A stretch of DNA of 64,000 bases from NCBI GenBank assembly GCA_003971905.1, contig RSEE01000009.1, positions 248,001-312,000 of the forward strand, written 5' to 3'. Shown in pieces: positions 24,995-37,384 of the stretch (positions within the stretch are counted from its first letter, which is position 1; each line of letters opens with the position of its first letter). The position numbers and the translations under genes are program-made. The notes beneath the pieces are model-generated. The model was not told where the DNA came from, ran no database searches, and saw only the letters and a list, made by a program, of their open reading frames with translations. Origin of the DNA: Moniliella sp. 'wahieum'. Its lineage: Eukaryota.

Positions 24995-26047
24995 ATGACC
25001 TCCCCCTCGACTTTCTCTCCACGACTGAAGACGGCGCTGGTGGTGGTGGATGTGCAGCACACGACTTTGTTGATGGGTCCCTCGCGGTACCTGGGGCAGA
25101 CAAAGTCCTTCCATGTATCGAATCATTGATCCGAGCCCACGGCGCAGGCGGCGCAGCAAGTCCATGGGACATGGTTATATTTACACGTGTACGTTCCGCT
25201 CTCATGCATCCTGCCCTTATCCGTTCCCTTTTTCTGCGGGAATTCTGGTCAGAGAGACATTGTGGGGGCCGGGGCGCCTGAATGGCGGTGTTCCTGCTGG
25301 CACTGGAGATCCGATTCTGTCGGAGGCCATCCAACATCCAGCCCAACAGCCTCATTCCCCTCCTGCTGCTGTCTCTCTGGCTCCTAACCCCAAAGCGAAC
25401 TGAACCTGGAACGTTCATCATTGCACTGTTGATCCTCAAACGTAGCGCGTTGAAGTGGCTCTTATTGACTGACCGCTGATGCTGATGCCAGGACGACCAT
25501 CCAAAGGGCACGTCTCGTTCGCAAGCACGCATTCCCTCCCCCCCTTTGAGACGATCACTGTCGACGCACAGGGCCACCGCATCCCAGATGGCCAGTCCGG
25601 GCTCGAGGCGATTCATCAGGTTTTATGGCCGGACCACTGTGTCCACGGGACGCATGGGCTGCTCTGGTGCCGGCTGTGCAAGCTGCGATGGAGGAGCTCA
25701 TGGCGCGCAACAAGGGTCCCACGGTGGTTGACCTCCCCAAAGGGCAATTGGCTAATGAAGACTTTTACTCGGCGTTTGCCAGTGTGGGGTACACGGCCTT
25801 CACCCCCCTTGTTCGCATCTTAGCCCAGGCGGGTATCGAGCAGCTCGTGGTAATTGGGCTTGCGACAGACTACTGCGTCAAGTCAACAGTTGTTGATGCT
25901 CGCAAATTTGGCTTTGTCACCCTTTTGGTTGAGGACGCTGTCGCTGGTGTCGATCCGAGTACGACTGGCAAGGCACTGGAGCTCATGTCACTCAAGGGGT
26001 GCCAGAAAATGGATGCATCGAGCTTGTTGGCCCAGCTCAAGGGCTGA
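24995..26047 (+). CDS. PNC1: Nicotinamidase/pyrazinamidase (isochorismatase family); 303-nt intron 25189-25491
   Basis: TALVVVDVQ..DFVDGSLAVPG; splicing yields FTR|DDHPKGHVSFASTH; LWPDHCVHGTHG; YSAF; GLATDYCVKST with the catalytic Cys. Confidence 0.9.
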
Positions 26048-27122
26048 TCGATGATCGATGTTTGACGATTCATGAGCTTATTGGCCAGTAATCCAGATTT
26101 GGGATCTTTTATCGGTCCCCTTGTTCGAGAGGACCAAGGACCCACCCAGGTATGTCTGGTCTGTGTCTTGTTTGAATATGTCATGTGCTCCACAGGAGCC
26201 TTGAAGCTTGACGCTTGAGCAAAGCATTGGACGTGTGGTGCTGCAGACATTGGGCCTTATAGTTATTCTGGGTTTAACATCTTGTGGAAGATGAGTTCTT
26301 CAATACCTCAGTGGTCCCGTAGTGCCTGGTGTGGCACTATTAGCTTTCGGTTGCAAAGCATCAAGCTTCCACATGGTTCGGCAAAACATAGTAGTACTAT
26401 TGTCTTCGGCCTATTCAGGGCACCTCGTAAACCTTATCAACATCCCAGCAGAAATCGCGTGTGTGCGCTCCGTCGGGGCTCACGGTACTCAGTGTACTCA
26501 AATGCTCATCAAGCTTCAAGGCAGGTACCCTCCTATATCACCGAACACTTTGTCGATGCTTACCAATACTAAGAGGGGAGCAGTAGTCACTGGTCACTGC
26601 TATGCCAACAAGCCAGGGTCGGACGGTCGTCGCCGATATCGTGTAGGGCATCATTCTCTTGCCTATAGGCGGCTGGCGTCTCACCACAAACAAAAAGGTT
26701 ACTTGTGGCCTTCTCGCACCGCATGGTAAGGGGGTGGAAACGGGATTGGCTACATCTATATTCCACCGTGTATACAAGCACAAAGAAGACTGTTGGCGCG
26801 TTCACCTACTGAACACCGGGTATAGAACATACCGGCCATACTTTTTTCGCTGATGTAACACAGTAAGGTGGCCATCACCTCGGGAATCATAGATAGCGTC
26901 ACGAGAGCCACAGTAGGCCCAGGTGATGAGGGTGAGGGTTATAGGTCCTCGGAAAAGGTCACAAAGGTGAACACCAAAAAAATTGCCAGAACAGAGCGTG
27001 TTGCATCTCTGAGCAAACTTCTTCTACGACTCCAAAAGATATAATAAGTGTTTGGTAATAAAGGCGCGAGGGGCATGCTTCAAACTGTGAAGAGTAAGTG
27101 ATTCCTCAAGGGTCCGACAGAA

Positions 27123-27203
27123 TAGGATCAGGAGGACTATAGAAGGATCAGGAGGATCGGGGGATCGGGAGGATCGGGAGAATCAGGAGGATCACATGAG
27201 GAT
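27123..27203. repeat. Degenerate 9-bp minisatellite (GGAGGATCR)n
   Basis: aggatcaggagga...aggatcaggaggatcgggggatcgggaggatcgggagaatcaggaggatcac. Confidence 0.7.
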
Positions 27204-27369
27204 AAAAGGAGGGTCGATCAGGCTGTTGTGGCGGTGAATACTATATAGACAAAGCTGGGTTTACTGGTATACTTATGGCCCAATAAAGAGTTACTCCGGC
27301 GCGCAACAATACGCCGCGAGCAATCGTCATCCGCCACCGTCAACCATGCATCCACAGCAGTGCCACAGG

Positions 27370-27596
27370 CTCTTCCTCAATATCCTCTCGTCGGAAGCAT
27401 CGTCGAGGGAGTAGCGGGAAAAGTGCTCCACTTGGAACTTCCAGGTTTCAGTTTCAGGATCAAAGCTTACGAACGTCTTCTTGCGAGCCTTGAGGTGGAC
27501 AAGAAGCTGCGTGTAACGTGGGCAGTGGTTCGGGTTGGTCGGTGCTTTGGTCGACTTGTCTGTTGCCCAGCAGCGTTGATCAATCGGCCCGCACAT
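27370..27596 (-). pseudogene. Isolated fragment of Nup98/Nup145 autoproteolytic domain
   Basis: CWATDKSTKAP..PRYTQLLVHLK..TFVSFDPETETWKFQVEHFSRYSLDDASDE has the HF|S cleavage motif followed by an acidic tract. No FG repeats or Nup96 part nearby. Confidence 0.75.
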
Positions 27597-28119
27597 CTAC
27601 GCGTTGCCCAGCAGCGTTGATCAATCGGTCCGCGCAGCCACGCAACGAGTCATGCTGTTGCCCCCCCTCTCAGATCTCAGATCTCGCGTCTAAAATGCCT
27701 ATATTGTGGGTTTTCCTTTTTTTCCTGTCTGAAAGTCATGCTCTTGGAGCCTGTGTGTCATTGAGATCCCATCACTGTGCTTGTGCACCTTGGGGGTTTG
27801 CAATGATCAGTTATTCGTTTTCTTTCTCTCGGTCGTTTGTCGTTGTACCTGTGGAAAACACACCCCTCTTCTCGATCGTTCCTATCTTTTTGTACGAGAG
27901 TCAGTCTTCGTTCACGTCACGGTCATCACATTTTATCGTCAAGAAAATATATAGGCAAGGTCCTGACCAGGCCTCTGCCCCAGAAGTTGGGAAAGGGGGC
28001 CACAATGTGAGTCTCACAGACCTGAGGGGCAGGATTTCCCCAATCAATTGTGGTTCGGTATCGATCGCTTTTGCCCACGGGGAAAAATAAACAAAAAAGA
28101 AATATCGTTGTTGAAAGAG

Positions 28120-29423
28120 CTACTGCGAGCAGGACGTTGCATCAAGCCGCCAACCCCTGCGCCCGAAGAGAATGATCATCAAGGCCACCGCCTCGAACGT
28201 ATCCTTCGCAACAAAAAGCAAAGCCTGACTCAACACGGTCTTGATAATGTGCGAGTCCAAGCCATGGTAGGCTCCTCGCACACCCCTTGGCCCGCTCACC
28301 ACTTCCGCAAGGATGCCCCACATGCTCGTACGTCCCCCGGATGAGGATGCTTCCCGCGCCTGCAAGCGCAGCTTTGCGAGGATCAGTGGGAAGGTCACAC
28401 CGTTGCCACGGTTTTGGAAGCTGCGCCCAATCCAAATGTTTGGAGAGGCGTGGTGCCCTTTTTCCTTGTTACTTTCAGAAGGGCTTCCTCATTCCTGGTG
28501 TGAGATGGAGGTTAGTATAGGGAGAAGGAAGTGTTAAAAGAAGGATACGTGGGAAAGACGCACGGTTTGAACACCCATACGTCAGGCCCGGGTTGAGGCA
28601 TAGGAGCATCGTCGGCTTGAGGCCAGAGTAAAACCAGTCAGGCCATGGTCTTGGTAGATCTGTTTGGCAATCCGATAACGCTATGGTCAACAGGAGCAGG
28701 AGAAGGTAGAGTCGGAGAGGACGTGGGGATTGCTCGGTCTCGCCGGTTGTGAGCGGATCGGTTCCATTATCAACGCTCATTCTGGGTTTCTCCTCCGGTG
28801 CTGTCGTGGATGGGGCCGAGCGAGTTGAGGCCAATTGCTGCTTGGTGGCAATAAGGTGCATGGGCAGAATGATAAGTTGCGCCATTGCACCCGCCACCGT
28901 GCCAATCCCTAGTTCCGTTAAGGTCGACAGATGGGCACCGGAAGGGGAGCGGCGGAGGAGCCGCCGCACATACTGGGTGCGCAAGAGCGTGTACCAGTAA
29001 AAGTAGCACAACTCTGTTGCCCGTGTTCCAATTCAACAGGTTGCGGTCAGCGCAGAAAACGGAGGTGTGTGGAGTGGGGAATATACATACGCATAAAGAA
29101 CGTGCTGACCATTGTAGCTGAGAACCCCTTGTACAGGCCCAGGATCTGGCCGTGGGAAAGGTGAATCAGCAGCCCATGGAACAAAGGTATCCGCCCACGC
29201 ATCCATCCAGCCACCTGGCCGTCACCGAACGAAAGTCGGCGCTTGCGAGGGGTGCCATCGGCTGCATACAGGTCTCCGTGATCGTAATGCGTCTTGCTCG
29301 GATCAGCCTGAATCCGAGTCTTGATCGTGTCGAGGGGGAAGACGGCGGCACTGGCCAGCACACCGCTCAATGCATCGGCAACAGCCGTTTGAAGGACGGT
29401 GAGTTGACATTTGATGCACTCAT
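28120..29423 (-). CDS. Mitochondrial-carrier-family protein, peroxisomal adenine nucleotide transporter (ANT1/PMP34-like)
   Basis: FPLDTIKTRIQA, GLYKGF, CYFYWYTLLR, ELGIGTVAGAMAQLIILP..IATKQQ, YSGLKP..LCLNPGLTYG, TFPLILAKLRLQ, IIKTVLSQALLF; three carrier repeats, with introns and frameshifts. Confidence 0.85.
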
Positions 29424-29979
29424 ATGCCAAAGGCAGAAGTTGGTGAATTCGTGCGGGTGGTTTATGCAGTTTGATAGAGAAGACAGGAGAAGTGATGGTG
29501 GTCGTGAGGGGTTTCTCCCTGTTACAGCACTAGGGTACACCGATATATATTAAAGCCACTTGGCCAGGGGCTTATTTTGTCACAACAGCGTTTTGTCCCG
29601 CGGCCGGCGGCTGCTGTGGGGCCCCACACGGTGTGGGGATGATCGATGAAAAAGTGGATGAAGCGGACGAGACTAACTATTATATCGGCTCTCTAACCGC
29701 CGGTAGCCGGTTATCGGTTACCCCACCCACCCATTGCTTTTGGTTGGATGCATAGAAATCTGATATATGACACCACATTGAGCGATGCCACCGGCATTGT
29801 TGTGTTGGGATGAGATTCCCTCATTAACTCATCTTCGTAATACCCCACATTATCGACACCATCCCACCTGTGTAGTTTCATTGGCACACCTTAGTATAGA
29901 CCAAAAGGGCTGTGTGCTTAACTGCCAATTCATTTATAGGCGTCCATCATGATGTATAGATGAGATGGACTGAGTAGAT

Positions 29980-31130
29980 CCTGGGTACTTGCGTGGGAGG
30001 GAAGGATTGCGATTGTGGCTCCGAGACCACAACTGGTTAGCCTGAAGAGGCCGGGCACGTCCAGATTTGATGACGTCACCCGTCAGAGACGCCTCTTATT
30101 ACTTTTTGGCGGTACAATACACTCCCACCAAGTTATGAGTCCTGCACCGCACCATGCAGATAGAGCCAGGGCGAGTGCTGGCCGAGATTGATAATGCATT
30201 TTCATCTGCACCGATCGGAGTTCAGACTGATCTGGGGCCATGAGAATCCCCAACAAGGTACGAAGGACGATCACTTTGACATATGCTCTCGTTAGCCTGC
30301 CTCTCCGGATGGGGAAGGAGATGCGGCAGCCCGTTTTACACCATATATTGCGCCCACACATGCTGCGGCCAACGACGTTGACGACCATATCAATATTATT
30401 ACCACTTATGTTGCCCCCTTGCCAGAAGTGCGCAGGGCCAACGCATCTACGGCGCAGCGGAATCGCTACCGGGAAACAAGGGAGAAGAGCCGGCAGGAAC
30501 TGCTCAAGAAGCTTTTGAAGACGCCGATGGTCGCAATGCAGTGGTCGAGCACAGGAACGCGCTCAACCACACTTGGCTCTCCTCAAACCCATCAGCCGCG
30601 TACCTCCGGTTCACCGACAAGTAGTTTCAGGTTGGTATCCTGCCACTCCGAACTCTGTACCATTCTACGCGCAGCATGTGAAAGACTGGGGCGTCATGCC
30701 TTCGCTTGAATACATCTGGCTTTCCCCTGCCCCCAGTCCAAATTTGGTGCATTCCACGGAATGGTGCGGGAGCCCATTCTCCACAGCTCGTGGGCTCCAT
30801 CCCCAACACCTACATCCACAACGAGCCGACTGTGGCGGATGAGGATGGGACGAGGCGGCGGGGGAGGAAGGAAAAATGATATGATGTGGTTACAGTATGG
30901 GGTGATGCGCTCTAGCGCATTAGTATTAGTATAGGATAGCCGTTGTGATGAGGCTTGGAGTCTCCTTCGGTGGCCCTCTTGAGAGCGATCCGATTGCACA
31001 CTTTATGGTGGTGACGGTGGTGGTCTAGTTCAACCGCAACGATACCTATTACACTGGCACCGATGCGCCAACCGCCGCCGCCGGTGGGTGGCTGCGTTGT
31101 GCAAAAGAGAAAAGAGGAGCGAGGAGACTT
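29980..31130 (+). mobile_element. Decayed fragment of CRE/Cnl1-like non-LTR retrotransposon (3' half)
   Basis: Collinear DNA similarity to about 37676-38720, e.g. tttgatgacgtcacccgtcagagacgcctc vs tttgatgacatcacccgccagggacgcctc, aaggacgatcactttgacat vs aaggacgaccacttcgacat, ggcgtcatgccttcgct vs ggcgtcatgccctcgct. Confidence 0.75.
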
Positions 31131-32934
31131 TGGAGGGTTATAGGCCCTAGGCGCGTGCTGAGGCCTGAGGGGGCCTGAGGCCCCTGAATATAGTAGTAAC
31201 CCCCCGTAGTGGCTCAAAGAGCTGTTTTTTCTTCGCTACTGTGTTGTTAGACGCAAAAATGCGTCATACTACTAGCACGGATGTTGACTTTGGTCGTTGA
31301 TATGATACGTTGATCGTGTGAGCAGCGAGCAGCACTGAGCTTACACGGGGAAAATGTGTGGAGTGTCTGGGAAGCGGCACATGTGCGGCACCAATCCACA
31401 ACGATGCTGTCGCTTAAAATTGCACACAAATAACGCATCTAGGCAATCTTTTGAATCTTGAAGCTGCCGGTAACCGGTGACCCGCGGTGACTAGTGACTA
31501 GTGACTAGCTCAGGCGTTTCAAGCTATAGCAGCTATCCTACTAAGTACTAAACGCGCTATATACGCTTCAAAAGCTTTTCCACTGGTCACTATCACTGTG
31601 GCTACTGTGGCTAATATAGAGTGTGGGTCGGGGTATAGTGACGCGTGATGTGTGATGCCTGACTGTAGTGACTAGTTGACTATAGTGACTATCTGACTGA
31701 TAGCGCGAGTGACATCTGTGACACCTTGTGACGAAGCAGATGCCTACTGTGGGTGGCCGATGTGCACCCCCTCGCACCACACGCTGGGGGGGGGGCGTTG
31801 GCGTAAATGGCAACGGATAACCGTGTTGCTAGCACCCAGCATCCACCTTGGAGCTTGGCAGACTTGGCGGGGATGGAGACCTGGCACATGAAATTTGAAT
31901 CTGGCATGTGAAGCCGCGGGTCTGAGAGTGGTGAACGTGACGTGTGACGCGTGACGCGTGGACTGAGATACGATGGAAATTTCAAGCTCCAGCCGCTGAG
32001 CCTAAACAGGAAACAATCTGTAATCGGTCCGATAAGCATCGCACCACCAGCGCCCCCCTGCCAGTGTGTGCAGATCACCGTTTGCGGTGGCAACACGCAG
32101 GAACAGTGTCCTGTAGTGTCCTGTGGTGTCCATGTCCACCCTCCCCCAACTGAGCTCAAGCGCCCACGCACACCAGCAGTGCTGCGTGGTGGATGAAGGC
32201 AGTGATCGATGATCGATGTGCGTTAGATCTTAGACGTTAGGTACGTTAGGCCTTAGGCGTTATTCGATACAGCTTACATTACAGGCTGCTTGAACCCAAC
32301 GCTATTAGCGCTAACGATTAAATGTCCGGGGTTGCCTGGGCGGCCTGGTGCGGGGCAGGAGGTGCGGGCAGGAGGTGACAGTATGGCTTTAGCAGAATGA
32401 CGCCAGGCACATGCGAGGATTAATTCACCTGCTATACGTACAAGACGACACATGCACAAGCATGCATGCCCGGCCGCCGGCTGGCTGCGCGCATGCAGCT
32501 CCCCGTGCCTGCTCCAGGGCGGCCCCATGCACTGGACCGCATCCAGGCACAGCCGCAATCTCGCGTAGCCGGCCACTGAGTACTGACCCCATGGCCGATT
32601 AGATCAATGTAGCACTAGACGCCAGGATGCCACCAGCCACTAGTCGCTATCGCTGTATCACTCCTGACAGTCACTAGTCACCAATCACCCCTTCTATAAG
32701 CGCAAAGCGTTGCCGAGCACTCACGCCATGCAGCAGCCCAGGCCTATGATCAGTCGGCCCGCCAGCATTCGCCCCGCCCTCGCAGCCCCTCCCGCCGCCC
32801 AACCACCTCGGCGGCACATCCTCCTTTCCACTCCACTCCTCCTCCACTCCTCCCTCCACTCCTCTCTCCACTCCTCCCTCTTGCCCCCCCAGCACCATGC
32901 CCTCGCTTCCCCTTCCTCCGCCGCCGCGCCCGGG

Positions 32935-35319
32935 ATGCGGCGGCCGACTTCAGCACCCCGCCCGCCCCGTTCCAGGGCGCCTTCCCGCTCGCTGTGCTCC
33001 AAGGCCCGCTCCACGATCCAACCCTCGGGCCTTCCGAAGAGAACCTTGAAGATTCCGAATATCTCCAGCTTGGTGCCCAACCCGCCCACCCTGACCCCTC
33101 CACCGCCATCCTCTCGCCCGTGACCGTCACAACGGAACGATATGTGGATGCATCTCCCGCGTCCGGGGTCCCCGGCCAAAGCCCCCACCCCGGCCTATCC
33201 CCCCATGACTACGAAAAGAATCCTACCGGATTTGACGACATCCCAGAGCACCAGGAGTTTGATATGCCCAACATGTGGCGCAGTCCAACCAATGCCTCCC
33301 GGGGCAAGTCGTTGTCCATGATCATTGAGCCCCCAAATTACACCGAGTCCGACAAGCCCTCCTTCAATGGCGAAGGTGCTGCGTGGCTCACCCCAGCCAA
33401 GCTACACACACCATGTCGCCCCCTTTGGACCTCGAGCGAGACCAACCTGAAGCTGAGCCTTCCTCCTCCTCTGCTCCTCCTCTTGGCGATGCTTGGGAAG
33501 ATAGTGTGGACCGCTATGCCGGGCCCAAGAAAGATTATGGTGACCTTACCCGTGTTGATTCGCCTACACGCACCAAATTCTTCCGGGACGATGGTCTCCG
33601 GGCCGGCATCCGGCAACGACAGTAGGTCTCTCCTTTCCCGTCCTGTGTCCCCCCTTACTCTCCTTGCCGATTACCCCCCATCTCCCATATGATGGTATCC
33701 CCTAGCAAATGACCTGACCCTTGATTTGTTCGTTAAGTGTCCAAATGATCGCCTTGACTGGGACGATTGGGGTTGGGGTGTGGCTGAACCTGGGAAGGAC
33801 ATTATCCTGGTGTGGCCCTCTTTTACTCATACTCGCATATCTCACCTCGGGCACCGTTGTAGCAGCACCATGCTCTCCTTGGGTGAGGTCACCACCTTGG
33901 CCCCGGTTACAGGCGCTTACGCCCGCCACTCTTCCGTGTTTAGCTCTGCAAGTTTGGGATTCGCTACGGGCTGGAACCTGGTGATCTACAATGCGATTGC
34001 TTGTGCGGGCGAGGTGACGAGCTGTGCCGTTCTCATCCAGTATTGGACCAATCTTAGCCCTGCTATCTTTGTCACCATCCTCGGTGTAGCCATTGTGGCG
34101 ACCAACATTATCGGTATGCAAACTTTCCCCATTGGCACGCGGGAATGTGTCGTGCTAACTCTGTCTTAACTCTGTCTAGTCGTACGTGCCTGGGCCGAAA
34201 CCGAGTTCTACTTTGCCCTCCTCAAACTCATCATGGTCGTTGGCATTATCATCGTCTGTCTCTGTATTGACCTCGGTGCGGGTTCCGGCCCGCGCCTCGG
34301 CTTTCACTTTTGGCACGACCCGGGCCCCACAGCTGAATATCTTGTACGTGGAGCCGCAGGTCGGTTTACCGGCTATTGGAGCGCTACGATTGCCAGTTTT
34401 TACTCGTATGCAAATTGCGAAGCCATTTCCTTGCTCGTGGCCGAGACAGCCACACCGAGGCGGGGCATGATGAAGGCAACCAAACGGGTGTTTGTACGGA
34501 TTTTCTGCTGCTATCTCAGTATCTGTTTTATGGTCGGCCTGGTGGTTGCATCCAACGATCCTTACATCACTTCGCGTTCTCCCTTTGTGGTGGCCGCCCA
34601 TCGGGCCGGGTGGAAAGGATTGGAATCGGTTATCAACGCTGGTATCCTCATCTCGGCCTGGTCTGCCGCCGATTCGTTGATTCTCAATGGCTCTCGTAGC
34701 CTCATCTGCCTCGCTCAAGATGGAAACGCGCCTGAGATTTTCCTTCGGGTACACCGGTGGGGGGTGCCGTACGTGGCGGTGCTGTTTGTCTGTATGTGGA
34801 TCGCGTTGTCCTACATGTCTGTTACCGAGACGGCCGAAAAAGTGTTCCAGTGGGCTGTATCGTTTAGCTCGTCTGGCATCCTCTGGACATGGGGCGTGAT
34901 CAACATCAATTGCTTGCAAGTGTACTATGGCATGCGTGCCCAAGGCATCCCCCGTTCCGAGCTGCCCTGGGCCACGTGGGGACAACCCTACGCTGCCTGG
35001 TTTGGCCTGGGGCTGCCTCCTCTTCCTTGTAACTGGCGGCTACTCCATCTTCATCCCGCACCATTTCAATGCGGAAACGTTGGTTTCGGCCTATGCTTGC
35101 CCGCTTTTCGATTTGGTTCTGTTAGTTGGATACCAGGTCATTTGGAGCGGATGGGACTGGACTCCCTTGGCAGAGGTGCCCATCCGGCCTTGGCTTATCC
35201 AATATGTGGACAACCCAGAACCCCCTGAACCGCCACAGCGGACGTGGAAGAAGTGGGTCACCTTCCTTGGGCCTAACTTCCTTCTTCTCCCTCCCTCTTA
35301 CCGCTCTTACGCGCGATGA
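32935..35319 (+). CDS. Amino-acid permease (APC/YAT family), with introns and frameshifts
   Basis: GLRAGIRQR|VQMIALTGTIGVG, MLSLGEVTTLAPVTG, GFATGWN, FHFWHDPG, ETATPRR, SPFVVA, NAGILISAWSAADS, GSRSL, GVPYVAV, QPYAAWFGL. Start uncertain (32935 or 33413). Confidence 0.92.
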
Positions 35320-36075
35320 TGTCTTTTCGAGGGCCCACCTTTGCCGCTACTTCCCCCTGCGCAACCCCGCTCCACACTTTTTATATCACGATAACGTCTT
35401 TTAGGGCATATCGCCTGTTGTGCACTGACGTACAATATATGTGTGCATGGGATGATCGATGATCCGATGAACCGTCGTTCGCACAGAGCCCAGCCCACTT
35501 CCTCACCCGTCTTCCATTTCGTGTATGAGTCTGCCTTCCCTTTTGGCTCTAGGGCGGCAGAGATGTACGTCCTTCACTGTCTTTTTGTGGGATTCGTGTG
35601 CTTATGACTATACGCCACTCTGTCCTCTCCCCCCCACACAATTAGCATTCTTCCAATGAAACGGATATTGTAACGGAAATACCTATATCCTTCATCTCAA
35701 GTTTCCTCATGCATGGTCGACGAGGTGTTACTTTACTCTGTTGTCCGGTATAAACAGTTTTGTTTACTTTGTCCAATGTGTTATTTGAGGGAAATTGAGG
35801 GGGGGGGAGCAATAGCTGTTCCGTTTCGCGCATCTCCTCCTCAATCTTTGTGTCACTAATTGACAACAAGAAGCGCTCGCTCCCACAATTTCCAATTCTG
35901 CATCCCTAGTCCGCGTTTTATATCTCGCTCTTCCCTTTCCATTTTGTTTCAGTTCCCTCCTAGTACTAATGTCTCTTGTTTATTCCCACTAACGACCTTC
36001 CCATTTCCCCATCTCGGATATGACATCGGTCTCCCTCATCAACCCCCCCGACTGTTCCAGTCAGTGGTATTATAT

Positions 36076-36257
36076 TGTCGAAGTCGGGGCCAAGGCGAGG
36101 GAGACCAGAGCCGGGACTACCCTTAAGGGATGTAGCAATCGTTCGTGGGATGAAGTATGAGCAGAGGACATGGTGCGAAGGGAAGAACAGGGAAGGAGCA
36201 GACGCTCAGGGGGACAGAGAAATTGGAACTGGGAGCGAGGTCAGCCAAAGTACGACA
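36076..36257 (-). mobile_element. Solo LTR (182 bp) of a diverged subfamily of the Gypsy element
   Basis: TGTCG...CGACA termini; aligns end to end with 17070-17250 (ggcgagggagacca, tgtagcaatcgttcgtggg, cagaggacatggtgcgaag, gaaattggaa, gggagcgag, tcagccaaa); flanks TATAT / TACAC. Confidence 0.9.
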
Positions 36258-37384
36258 TACACACACAACAAGTATATCTCCTTTGGGGTCCCGCTCTTGC
36301 GGCCATGATCGCTCAATGAGCCTCGTCCGTTGTTGAAGAGTGTGCTGCCGCAGGGAGCGAGGTCCCCGTGAACCATTGGGAGTTGCCTCTGCTGCGAGGC
36401 GTATTAGCATCCTCTCCTTGATGCGCTATAAAAGATATTATACTATGCAAAAGGCCACACACAGTCCCTGAGGGCGCCACACCATCTAAAAGACAATGAG
36501 ACGGATTTCATGATTCCTCACTTTCTCTTCTCTTTCTCTTCTCTTCCTCTTCCTCTTCCTCTCTGTCACAGGATTATTATGCTCAGCCCTGTCGGACAAC
36601 TCCAATCAGGCCGCTCCAAAGTACATACGCTCTCGGGTTTTTCATTCTTACCCCGCTTGTATTATCCTTATCTTCAGTTGTTATGGCATCAGATCTTCCC
36701 AACGACCCAACTACAGTGATCGCCTTCACTTACAACTTTTGTGGTCTCTCAACAGGCCACAGCTGTTGTTCTCGTGCGTGTTAACTCCTGCATTGTCCAC
36801 GAGTCTTTGCCTATCTGTATGAAGACCGCAGTGCCGTCCTAGTAAAGATATTCATTGGAGACAGGCGAACAACAGTTTGTACACCGTCCTTTCCTTCTCC
36901 CGCACCCGGGATAGTTCCTCTGTCGCGCCATATATGTATCTATTTGGGGGAAACTTTAGGTAGGAAGAGGGACAGCGATCTCCAAGTGACTATGACTATA
37001 ATGTTAGTCTCCAGTCCCGGCCTGGGTTCTACTAATCTCGACGACATTGGCTTATATTCTCCAGGGAATTAGCAATATACTCCAGAGAATTCGCATGCCT
37101 CTGTCAGACAACGTTTCGAGATGGGCTGGATTTGAACGTGACGAAAAGCGCCATACATGGACAAAGATCCGTCACACGTTCTCAGACTCTGACGCGCAAA
37201 ACAGACGTGCACTGGATTTCCCCATCGAGTGTGTAATGGGTATTGTACAGAAGACGATATGCTATACTAGAAGACTACGGGACCTACGGCGCGGTCAGCT
37301 GGGGCTTCGCCCCAGCTTGGTGCTCGGTGCTTGGTCGCCACCTTTGGACAGAAGTGGTACATTGGCGCTTTTTCCTTTAATCTT

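Noticed and set aside
25285..25450. TPP-riboswitch-like words (GGTG..CTGGAGA, ACCC, TGAACCTG) in the PNC1 intron
   Set aside because: Spacing is wrong, CTGAGA is imperfect, the GATAAT..GCG..AGG half is missing, and the gene is not thiamine-related.
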